Positions 12,901 through 25,923 of a stretch of DNA of 64,000 nucleotides are shown here, piece after piece. This stretch comes from Auanema rhodensis. Its lineage: Eukaryota; Animalia; Nematoda. The stretch lies in contig OZ059894.1 of NCBI GenBank assembly GCA_964057225.1, positions 9,920,001-9,984,000 on the forward strand. The letters run 5' to 3'. A program made the position numbers and the translations under genes. Positions within the stretch are counted from its first letter, which is position 1. Every line of letters starts with the position of its first letter. Under the pieces are notes generated by a model. That model was not told the origin of the DNA and made no database searches. It saw only the letters and a list, made by a program, of their open reading frames with translations.

Positions 12901-15900
12901 GCTACTTATGCCGTTAGCAGTGGCAAATGGTATTTTGAATTCGAGATTTTGACAGAAGGATACATGAAAATCGGTTGGATGGATGTATCTTCAACTCCAG
13001 AAACTCAATTAGGAATTGATGATCGTAGTTATGCTTTTGATGGGTAAGTATATCCTTTCTAAAGACATGTTAGATGTTTGTTTTGAATTTTGAGCTTTTA
13101 ACTTTTAGATATTTGGGGCGAAAATGGCATCAAGGACCGGAATCGTATGGCAAAGAATGGACAGTTGGCGATGTTGTCGGTTGCTTCTTAGATTTAAACG
13201 ATAGAACAATCAGTTTTTCATTAAATGGAGAACTTTTGCTTGTAAGTTTAAAATATTTTAATAGAAAACTGTTTGTATATCATATAGGATCCATCTGGAT
13301 CTGAGATGGCATTTGATAATGTGATGATTGGTGAAGGTCTTGTACCAGCTATGACACTTGGCAGTGGCCAAAAAGGTAAAAATTCTCATTTTTCCTGAAA
13401 TAAAAATCAAAAAAATATTTTTTCCTGTTGTATAGGTCGTCTAAATTTTGGTCAGCAAAGTAATTCCTTACGATTCTTCACAACATGTGGTTTACAAGAA
13501 GGATATGAACCATTTTGTGTGTAAGTTTCAACTTGAAAACTTTAATTTTCCAAGATTTTCCATTCAATTTTGTATTCTGAAGATTAATTGTTTTAGAAAT
13601 ATGTATCGTACTATGCCTATGTGGTTTGCCAAAGAAATGGCTCGTTTCGAAGACATTTCAATGATGTTATCACTTGATGTCTCCAGAATTCCAGCAACCG
13701 GAAACAGCCCACCATGCTTGAAAATCACCCAAAAGATCACACAATCAGAGGGTGGTCCATCTGAAAAAGCTCAAATGGAATTCTTACGTTTGTCATTGCC
13801 TGTTAAATGCCATGATTCATTTGTTAAAAACAAGTAATATCCCTACTAACTATATGATATAATAAAATTTCTGTTAATTACAGAGATCGTGAAGGTATTC
13901 GACGTTCGATGGCAGAGTTCAAGCCTCGATCACAATCAGTTGTTTCCCAGATTCGTTCACCAGGAATCCCAAAAGAATTCGATGATCAACCAAGAGTTTG
14001 TTAACTATATGTATAGTAATATATTTATTATTTATTCAGAAATCATTCCTTCGTACTGTTTTATCATCAAAAGAAGATTCAGATGACGATCGCTCCCAGC
14101 GTTCTAAACAAACTTCATTTGAAGGTGAACATGAGCATGAAGCTCCAGCTATCAGGTACGAACTTTTATTTGAAATAAACTTTTCTCTTTACAATGATTT
14201 TCAAAACAAAAAAAATTGGGAAACGAATGAAAATTTGAATTTTCTTAACATTCTTGTATGTGTTAACCTAGATTTTTAAAAATAACTATTCACACAACTA
14301 CATAGTATAACTATTTCAACTTCTCACTAATTTTTCAACTATTTAGATTTTCTTTTAACTATTTATCTGTATATAACTTTATTTTTCTAATATATAGTTA
14401 ACATATATTATATACACTTTTATGTATTATAACACGTCATTCACATATAGACCAACTGATTGTTTAGCCAACGTCGTCGTATGATGACACTTATGAACTT
14501 CGGAATGTACTCATTTGATGAAAGTGTTTTATCCTGGCTACGTCTTGAAGGCGATGAGCAGGAAAAATGGATTCAAGCTGTCAGGTTGGCAGCGATTCAA
14601 TATGTGTTGTGCTGTCGATACCAAATGCTTTGTCCTGTGTAGTTGATCGTACTTTGTTTCTGCTTCTTTCTTCAATCACGCATTGATGTTTGTCCACATG
14701 TGCTTCTATAGCTTCTCAAGTAGAAATGCCTGTCCAACACTAACATATAGCATGATAAGTTGGAATGGCACTCCTTTTCCATAAACTTGGCGTGTTGTAA
14801 AGCTTATCCAAATTATGAGTTTCTTGTGTTCATATATTTAAGTTAAATACCTATATATATATTATTACAAGACAGAATTAATTTATATAATATTTCAGAG
14901 ATTCTCTTCATGATATGACGCCGGAGGATCGTATGGCTGCTGAAGAACATCTACGTACTGTGGCAACTGAACGGGAGAAGCCTGCTAAGAAAGGTGGCTT
15001 GCTAAGCCGACTTCGAGATAACAGCAATACCCGAAAGAAGTGAGTATACGACTCTAGTAACTATACCTACCTCCTTCTTAATGACTAAGCCAGCTTGAGA
15101 AAATGTGCTTGTCGTTTTAAAAAATTCAAATTTTCATGTTCTTTCGCAAAATTCTCGTGATTGCTCAGCTTTTGCATGCGTATCCTTCCCCAGCCCCTTT
15201 CTCCTCTGTTGTAGTAGTGTGATGTCTTAGGGAGAAAGCTGAACGAACTCAAAACCTCAGAAGCCAGAAGACGAACTCACGATCGTTTGACGCTGGATCC
15301 ATTGAGCCCACGGACACCAATCCATCTGGTCATAAGGATGTCCTAGGTAGTTGTACAATGACTTGTATTGACGAGGATAAGTAATAATTGATTTCAGCTT
15401 CTGCTGACACTATGCCTTCATCTGGGCCGGGACGTCAACTTACTATCCGCAAATCATCATTAAAGAAGAAACAAAAGAAGAAAGATCAAAATGTCAAATT
15501 GAATGAAACCCGTGGCTCAATCACTGGTTTAGATATTAATGTTGAAGGCGCTAACAATGAAGGTGATGGAGCAGCACTAGAAGCTTATAGAGACAAGGTT
15601 GGTTTTTGATAATTCTCTTCAAAATATTGAAAACATATCTTTGACAGGTTGATGAGTATTACTATGGTGTTCGTATATTCCCTGGCCAAGATCCAGCCAA
15701 TGTATGGGTTGGATGGGTAACTCCTCTCTACCATTACACAAGCCCCAACTTTGACGACAAGCAAGGAGTTCGGAAGTGTCGTTTTGGTGAAATAGACCAT
15801 CACGGAACCACCGTAGACAGGTAAACATCATGCGTTTTTAAGAAAATTCTTGATAATTCTCTGTTTTGAAAAAGAAATTTCATTTTCTCAACTTCATAAT

Positions 15901-18900
15901 CATTTCAGGGAATCACCCAATGTTGATAGGTTTGATTTTAAAATGTTTCATGCTCTAAAAATGCTTGAAGTTGAAGTTTTCTAACGTTTTCAAATTATAA
16001 AATAGATAATATGGGTTTTTTAAATTCAATTTATTATAGCTTTATTATAACTAACAAATCTTATATTATTTATAGTTAACTAAAATTAATTTTATACTTT
16101 CAGTGTGGAGTATCGTAGTTGTTATATGATGAATGCAGCTGAGCTTCTAACTAGAGTACCTGATGTTGCCAATACTAAGGTGTCAGGAACTCTTATTGGA
16201 TGTATCATTGATATTTCTGTTGGAGAATTAAGTTTCCAAGCTGCTGGACAAGATACAGGCGTTAAGTTTAAGCTTGAACCTGGAGCTATCCTTTTCCCAG
16301 CTGCCTTTGTTACGCCAACAGCTACTGAAATCCTACAATTCGAATTAGGTCGAATTAAGGTAATTATGACATATAATCTAGTTAACTATATAATTGTCTT
16401 TAACTTTAGTATACTTTCCCATTATCAGCAGCTATGTTCAAGTCATGTACTAAATCTATTGTACCATTCTGTCCACCAAGACTATCAGTTGAAGTTCTTC
16501 AACCGATATACTGGGCACGTGTACCGAATGAAATTCTTCGAACAACAGCGTTAAAGCTTAGTGATGTTCGAGGTATTCAAACTTTATTCTATGAAAATTT
16601 AATTCATTCATATTCTTAAGGTTGGTCCGTTCTTTGTAATGACCCTGTAAGGGTTATGATGGTATATGTTCCTGAAAAAGATCAATCATTTGATATACTG
16701 GAGATGATTGAAGATCAAGATAAGCTTGAATTCCATCGTCAAACGTTGAACTTGTATTGCAAGTTGGCAAGCCATGGCAATCTAAAGGTTGCTCATGTTC
16801 TCTGCCGTCATGTGGATGAAGACCAAATCATGTATGCTGTTAAGAGTAATTGTAAGTTTTTTTCTTTTTTCTCCTTCTTATACACTTCTCTCTCTTATTT
16901 CTATTATCCAAGCTAGAGCAATGCCCAACTTGAGCTTGAAGCATATATCTTTTTTCCATTTTTTATTTCAAAACCTGACTGAAGTTGTTTTCTTCAGATT
17001 TATCAGGACAAATGAGACAAGGTTTTCATGATCTTCTAATTGCACTTCATCTTCGATCACATGCAAGTGCTCGTAAGAGTATGGCCAACGAATATGTTAT
17101 TCCATTGGTACCGGAGTTAAGTGATCGTAATGTATTTGATATTGACACAGAAACAAGGTAATATATAACTAATTATAGTTAACTGTGCAACTAACTATTC
17201 TAGATTCCCACAAATTATGGGTAAACCTATTTCAATGTTATCAGTAATGGCATCTGAATCTGTACGATTACAGTATGTTTTCTACTATTTTCTTATAATA
17301 CCAAATATTCAAAATTATGTATTTTAGTGTGAGTAGGGAAGAAGAAATGAAATTATTACCACCATCAGTCAATTTCGCATCATTGAAGACACATGTGATG
17401 GAAGCTTTAGAAATTGCCACTCATCATGCTGTTATGAATTGCCGAGATTTGATTGGAGGATCAAATTTGACTCACTTTGAGTAAGTTTCTAGTTTATCTC
17501 ATTTCACGTGAATATGAATGAAATCAATAAACAGATATACGTTACTATACGTGAAAATGATTAGCATACGTCATTTCATTTTTATTCTATTTTTATGTTA
17601 ATAGCGGTCGTATACTAACTATTATCTGAGATTTACTTATATTCTTCATTATTACAGACCTCTTCTAAAGCTTTTTGATGCTTTACTTGTGATTGGATTG
17701 ATTGGAGATGAAGAAGTTGAAGTATTTTTGAAATTAATTCATCCAACAGCCTTTGATGAATCATTTGAGCCTGGTTTGGACATGAAATCTTTGAGTATTT
17801 TTGTAATCTTCCTGTTTAAGGTACAACAAAGAAAGGTTTAACTGAAATTGAATTAGCTGAAGGAGTTAAAATTGAATTAGTCAGTGTATTAGATCATTTA
17901 TGTGATATACAAGTAAGATTTAAACTATATTTTACATATAATATAATAAAATAATTAATTCTTAGTTACGTCATCGTGTTGAATCATTGATTGGGTTCAC
18001 TGAAGGATTTGTTGGTGATCTTCAAGGAGATCAATGCCGAAGGTATATATGAATTATTAATTTTATAATTTTTTTATTTCTTTCTTAGATATATGGATAT
18101 TAAACAAACTGATATGCCACCAGCTGAAGCTGCTAAGAAAACAAAAGAATTCCGTTGTCCACCAAAAGAGCAAATGTTCCGTTTGCTTCAATGCAAAGTA
18201 AAAGAAGAGAAAGAAGATTTACTAGATGATGAAGTTGAATATGATCAATGCCCAATGGCTGATAATCTTCAACAGAATTTACGGTTTGATATTTGGAAAA
18301 TGTGATTGAAATATTTTTAATTTCTCAGAGATTTCTGTGATATGCTTGTACAGCGTATAGGTAATGCTGATGATGGAGAAACAGAAGAACAGTTGGCATT
18401 AATTGAATCTGAGGAATCATCATGGGTTTGTAACTATATAAATCATACATATAGCTATCCATATCATATATAGGTTGATTCATTAGCTCGATTAGTTGTT
18501 GCTGTTCCACCACCACTTCCAACTGAGACTGTCATCAGACAGAAGAGAGGAACTGAGAATTTCAGAGATATGATCGTTAAAATGCTCCGTGATTGGGCAA
18601 TGTCCGATTTTATTGAAAGTAATGAGCTTATTCGTAAGATGTTCAATCTTCTACTTCGTCAATATTCTGGAGTTCGCGAGGTACGTCAGCGCTCCACCTC
18701 ATCAGTTACAAAGCCATTTAACATTTCAGTTGCGAGATGCTATGAGTCAAACCTATGTATTACACGAAAGAAATGTTAATGACGTTCAAGATTTCATTGT
18801 ATTCCTCATTCAAATACGTGAACTTCTTACTGTCCAATTTGAACATACAGAAGAAGCTATTTTGAAACGAGGATTATGGTAAATTATAATTATTATATTA

Positions 18901-21900
18901 TTTACTATATCATATATATTTAGGAAATTAATGAATAATCGCATTTTCTTCCAACATCCTGATTTAATGAGATTGTTATCAGTTCATGAAAATGTTATGT
19001 CAATTATGATGAATATTCTTACTGCTCAACAAGGAACAGTTGAAATTGAGGGAGATGAAGTCAAAGAAAAAACTCAAAAAGTTGCATTTTCTTAGAAATT
19101 TTCAATTTTTTATTTCTTCATCTAGGATTGTTCTGAAATGGTTGTTGCTTGTTCTCGATTCTTATGTTATTTCTGTCGTACATCTCGTCAGAATCAGAAA
19201 GCTATGTTCGAACATCTAACGTTTTTATTGGATAATGCTACTATGCTGTTGGCTCGTCCAAGCTTGCGGTATGATCTCATACGAGAATGAAAAGACGAAA
19301 ATTTGATTTTCAGTGGATCTGTTCCATTAGATGTTGCTTATTCCTCTTTTATGGATAACAATGAGTTAGCCTTGGCTTTAAAGGAAGAAGAACTTGATAA
19401 GGTTGCTGTGTATCTCTCACGTTGTGGACTTCAGCCTAATTCTGAATTAATTGCTAAAGGTTATCCTGACATTGGTTGGGATCCTGTTGAAGGAGAACGG
19501 TATTATCTGGAAAAAACCAACTTTTAAACAATGTTTGCTTCAGTTATATTGATTTTCTTCGATTCTGTGTATGGATTAATGGAGAAAATGTTGAAGAAAA
19601 CGCTAATTTGGTTATTCGTCTTCTAATTCGTCGTCCAGAATGTTTAGGAGTTGCTTTGAAGGGTGAAGGACAAGGATTATTTGCTGCTTTCAAGGTGCTA
19701 TGCGAGACAATGTTTTATAAAGCTTTATTATTTTGTTTATAGGAAGCTATTTTACTCTCGGAAGATATTAGAACTTTACAAGAAGGTCATCCACATACAA
19801 TTCTGAAGAGTGGATTACTTGGAGAACATCCGTATGTTTTCAATACAATAATCATTCATGTCAAAGTTTAAACTTATGCTTAACAATGTTGATATTTATA
19901 GATCTTATCCTTCGAAAGAAGTGGAAGATGAAGACTACATCGATTTAGGAGCAGCTATACTTGACTTCTATTCATCTTTGGTTGATCTGTTAGCCAAATG
20001 TGCTCCAGATCCTATGACTATCCAGGCGGGAAAAGGAGATTCTCTTCGTGCTCGTGCTATCTTACGTTCACTCATATCTCTTGATGATTTGGGTCAAATT
20101 CTTAGTTTACGTTTCACAATTCCTAATCTTGCTCAGCCATCAACTGACGGTAAGCTCTTATATGCTTGTTCGTGTTCCTCCTAACTAAACATACACATCT
20201 TACAAGCATCATATGATCATAACAAGATTTTTGAATTAACTTATATGTTTTACATAATTAACTATACGTATAATCAAATAATTAATTTAGTATATGTTTT
20301 ATGTGTAACTAACGATTTCTTACAGCTCGTCGTCGTTCGTTTGCCAATTCACATCAGCATACCGTTAATCCAACACATTCATTTGCTGTTATTGCAACTG
20401 CCCTTCAATCACACAATCAGGTCGGAAAGCGTCGACTAGCTCGGGTCGTTGAAGATGATAACGATGTGGAATCGACACCATCATCTGAATATGGCAGTGT
20501 TCATACATCGTTCTCTGATCCGACCAGCACCAGTAATCAACCAGCCGTAACTGCACAACAGACTACATCTACCGTAACCTTACGTGCTAAGTTTCGTCAA
20601 CAGTTTCTGAGTGAGTATCGTCTCGAACGTCTTCTGTCTACCGTGCCTCTCACAATTCACGTTTTTCACACCAAATAACTAATTTATCACAACATAATTT
20701 ACTTATATATAATCTATTTGTATTACTTTAGATACTGGCCCATTACCTGGATTATTGCCAAATCATAAGGGATCAGTTTTGCTTTTCTTAGATCGTGTAT
20801 ATGGCATTGATAGTCAAGATATGCTTTTCCATTTCTTAGAGCAAAGCTTCTTACCAGATTTACGTGCAGCTACTATGATGGATTCAGTATGTTTCATTCC
20901 ATAGTTTCATAGTATTGCCTATTCAATCCATTTACAGCCACGAGCCTTAGAATCCGATACAGCTTTAGCTTTGAATCGTTATCTCTGCAATGCTGTTCTT
21001 CCTCTCCTTACTAATCATGCTCATTTCTTCGCTGATGCTGAGCACCATTCAGCTCTTCTTGATGCTACAGTACATACAGTATGTCTATTAAGTTTCAATT
21101 CACATTATATTATATAATATTCTTAAGGTATATCGTATGAACCGTTTGAAATCTCTAACCAAAAATCAACGAGAAGCTGTATCTGATTTCCTTGTTGCAA
21201 TTACAAGAGAGTTACCTCCTGGAATGATGATCAAGCTTCTTCGGAAAGTTATTGTTGACATTCAACAGATGAGTGACATGAACGTGCTTGTTCCACTTCG
21301 AGTATGTTAAGCTTTGTTTTCCGAATATCATATTGTTCTTCCTATAGCTTATGACACTGCACTATGAACGTTGTGGAAAGTATTATGGATCTGGTAACCA
21401 ATATGGAGTTGCAGCTGAAACTGAAAAAAGATTATCAATGCTTCTCTTCTATGCCATTTTCGATTCTCTTGGAAGTCGTCCATACGATCCTGAATTGTTT
21501 GGCAAAGCTTTGCCATGCTTGACAGCTATTGGTTCAGCTATATCTCCAGAATATAGTTTAACTACAGGTGTAGAAGATATTAAGAAATTGAAGGTAACAG
21601 CATCACTTTGGGCTTTATCTTATCTACCATTCTATTTCATAGGATCCAATGGAAGAAGGCCCATGGGTACCAAAAGCCATTGATATTTCCAAATGTGATT
21701 TATCAAGTGATATGAAGAACATGACCAATGCTTTTGCTGAACATTTCCACGATTCATGGGCAACTAGAAAGGTATAATTCAAAAATAAAAACTTTGAAAT
21801 AAGCCAAAGAATTTAAGATTGAAAAAGGTTGGGTACATGGAGAACTCTATTCTAGACAACAGATGACACATCCACGTTTGAAGCCATTCCAACTTTTGCA

Positions 21901-24900
21901 AGAATTTGTAAGTTGTTGTCCTTCAAAATAATAAACTTTCACTTTTTTTAGGAAAAAGCTTTTTATCGTGAACGTTGTGCAGAATGTATTAAAGCTCTTC
22001 TTGCCTGGGACTATAAGTTTGAACTCACGGATAGAGATGCAGCAGATCGTGCTGTTCATGCTCATACTCAATCTGGCAATTCCATTCAAAACTTTGCACC
22101 AAAGCCTGTCGACTTAAGCAGTATGACACTTGAAAAAGTAAGAAATATGAATGTTGAAGAGATATTGATACATCTATTCAGGATATGATGTCTGCTGGTG
22201 AGCGAATGGCTGAACATTCTCATCTTGTGTGGGCAACTAAAGCTTATGATGATTTAACAAACAAAGGAGGATATATGCCAATACCATTCGTACCGTGGGA
22301 TCTATTAACTGATTTTGAAAGAAGAAAAGATCGTTTCCGAGCTATTGAAATCATGAAATTCTTACAATATCATGGATATAAAGTAACATGGTATGTGAAA
22401 TATATGAATATAGTTATAATCATTTTGTATTTTCAGTCCATTGTCGTGCCAATCTCAAGTTTCAATGAAAAATGAAGGAGAACGTTCATCTGTTGAGAAA
22501 CGATTTGCATATAATCTTTTGGAAAAACTTATTCAATATCTTGAACAAGCTAGTTTGAAGATGAGATCGGTTAAGCCAAGTCAAGAGTTAACACGTCGTA
22601 ATTCCTTTAGAAAAGAGGGACAAGACGTTAAATTCTTTGAAAAAGTAAGTTTAACTTCAAAGTGTTTAGCTTAACATGTATAAAACTTGATCAGGTTGTT
22701 CTTCCATTGATGCATGCCTACTTCTGTGCTCATAAGAACTATTTCTTGGAAGGTTCAAGCATTGTTCAAACTGGTACTGCTAGTAACAAAGAAAAGGAAA
22801 TGGTTGCATTGTATGTGATACAGAAGCTTTTTCTTATTCTCATCTAATCATTCTTCCAGCCTATTCTGTCGTTTGGCAGCTTTACTTCGTATCAAGAACA
22901 GAGCTTTTGGAAGTGTAGCTAAGATAACAATTCGCTGTTTACAAGGTCTTACTCAAGCTTTAGATCTGAGGTAAAATCACAGTTTCATTCTGTTTTTATC
23001 TCTTTTTATTCAAACATTTTCAGATCTTTGGTAAAAGTGAATTCTGATATTGTTCGAACATCATTACTTACTTTCTTCAATAATTGTGCTGATGATTTGT
23101 TTGTTGCTGTAAGAGAATTGAAGGTAGAATTATAATTTATTTATTTATAAAACAAATTAATTTTTTTATAGGAAAATGGTCAATACTCGTTGATTCGTGG
23201 TCAAAACTTGAAATCATGGATTTCATTAGAATTTGCTCATCAGATGATTGTACCAGTCTTAACATCTGTTTTCAATCATATGGCACGTAATCACTTTGGA
23301 ACTGATATACTACGTTTGTTTCTTAAATATTTTATTATTTTATTAAAAATAATTTAAGTTGATGATATTCAAGCTGCATGTTATAAGATATTGGATTCAC
23401 TCTATATGGTTACTGGCTTATCGTCAACAGCTGCTCAACGCAAAAGCATTGGCTATGAAACAGACAAGTATGAATCTTAGAGACTAATCAATGAATAACC
23501 ATCAAAACAATTAAATTTCAGACATCGACCTGGGTTAGGACAATGCTTATCAGCGTTTGCTTCCTGCTTCCCAGTAGCATTCTTAGAACCTGAATTCAAC
23601 AAGAATAACAAACATTCTGTATTAGCTAAATCACAAGAACAATCAGTTCAAGTTCAAGAAATGCTTCAAAATCTTTCAACTCATATACCACATTTGGAAA
23701 AACTGTTAATTGATATTGAACAAATAGCTGCAAATGGTACAATGTACAATGAACAACCAAATGTATATGATGTTGATTTGCCATTAATCTGTTCATACAT
23801 GGCTTATTGGATTAATGCAGCTAAGGCCGATCCAGGGTAAAGCTTTTCTGCTTCTGTTTCATACGTTTCGCTTTGTTTTTCAGAAATAAAACAACAAATG
23901 TCACTAATGATTACATTAATCGTATTTTCTGTGCTCTTCTGAAGATGATTCGTTTGCATGTTGGAGCAGAAAATGCTCCATGGCTTTGTCGAGTAACATG
24001 TAAGATGAATCATCTATTAACTATCTAATTAGATTAAACATTTACTTTTCAGTTTTTGCCGTTCAAATTATTCAAAATGTAACATGCGATCCGGTTAGAG
24101 AATATATGCTTCCAATCGCTGAGCGACTTCGACGTATGAGTGAGAAGGCTTACAAGGAGGAAGAGCATATGAGAACACATCCTGATGATGCAGATGAAGG
24201 AACTGTTGCTGAGGTTGAAAATGATCTTTACAACTCTATTTTATGTTTTTTCTTGATCTTATAGGATAATGCTCGATTAGTTCGTGATACATATGCTTTC
24301 TTCCCATTGCTCATGAAGTATACGGATCTTCATCGTGCTCAATGGCTCAAACAACCATCTTGGGAAACAGATGGTGTTTACGAAAACGTTGCTGTCATCT
24401 TCCGCATTTGGAGCCAAAGTCAGCACTTCAAGGTGAGTGCAAGTCACAAAGCTTTTGCAATGCTCATTGTTATAGCGTGAGGAGCTGAACTATGTTGCTC
24501 AATTCGAAGAAGATGCTGCTATGGTTGGTGGCGGCGAAATGAAAACTGGTAAAGCAGCCATTGCTGAGCGAAAGAAGAAACGTCGAGAAGGACAGGTTAG
24601 CGCATTTTCAAAATTTTTTGTCAAAAAATGCTTGTACTTGTCTTACTGTATGTTATAATCAAGTTTAAGCTCTGTAAATCACTAAAAACCTTAAATGTTT
24701 ACTAATGTTTCATTTAAATTAACAATATTTAATTTATTAGGAGAACGCAAAGGATAAAAATCATAGAACAGTAAGTAAATATTGTGATTGTCTTGAGTGT
24801 TTTAGAGAAATTAGTTGAATGAAATAGTCATTGTTGTCCTTTGTTAATCATCTTTAATTTATATTTCTTATATCATATACTATGTATAATTATAGGCAAA

Positions 24901-25729
24901 GAAGGATAAACATGCTAATAGCATTGTTATTGCTTGTTTGAAGAGGCTTTTGCCTGTTGGACTCAATGTATTCGGTGGAAGAGAATTGGATATCGTTCAA
25001 CAGTCCAAAGAAAAATTCGTTCAAAAGGAACAAGAAGAAAAGATTCGTGAATTCATTAAAGGTTTATTAGATATTCCGGTTAAAGTATGTTTTAATGATT
25101 GTTAACTATATCATATATTTATATAATAGACTGATCCAACTGATAAAAATGCTTGGCAATTATCATTATATCGAAAAATTGGAAAAAGTCAGATGAGAGG
25201 AAAAGATGAGATGACCCAAGATGGTGTCATTGAAAAAATCTTCAATATGGGACAAGTTTCGGCTATTCTTCATACAGTAAGTTATTATCTTTTCTTCATT
25301 TTACATATATTTTAAAACAAAAAATTTGAAAAAAACAAACATTTGAAAATATCTGAAGTCTGAGGATAAAGGGGTTCGGTTTGTGCTTAGTTCAGTATTC
25401 TAGTGATATGCTATTTGAGGTCTAGTTTCAGTTTGTAGTGCGATTATCAAAGTTTTTGTGTGTGTTTTTAGTTTTTATTTGTGTCTATTAGAGACGTTTT
25501 GATGTGAGATTATAACATATATTTTGTATTTTTTTTAAAATTAAAATCAAAAAGAAAAGAAGAAAATTAGATGAAAATCCCTAAGAAAAAGGGAAATTAA
25601 CCAAAGTGTTTGTTTGCATTGAGTGTCCGTAGATTATGTGTTCTTGTCTTAGATAACACGTGTAAAGGATCGGAAACGTCAACGCTTCTTCATAAAGGTA
25701 AGATCATTCTTTATGTTTATTTACATCTA

Positions 25730-25769
<40 letters not shown>

Positions 25770-25889
25770 TACATCATCATTAGCATTTTCATCATAATCA
25801 CACACACAATACCTATTTTACCACACATTTTGCTTTATGTTTTGAACTTTGAAAAGCATAATAAGCTTGTAATATGCTTCACAATAACT

Positions 25890-25923
<34 letters not shown>

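Noticed and set aside
15161-15230. Extra AGs upstream of exon 15231 as in-frame alternative acceptors
   Set aside because: The offsets tested (62, 37, 16, 13 nt) are not multiples of 3 or hit a stop
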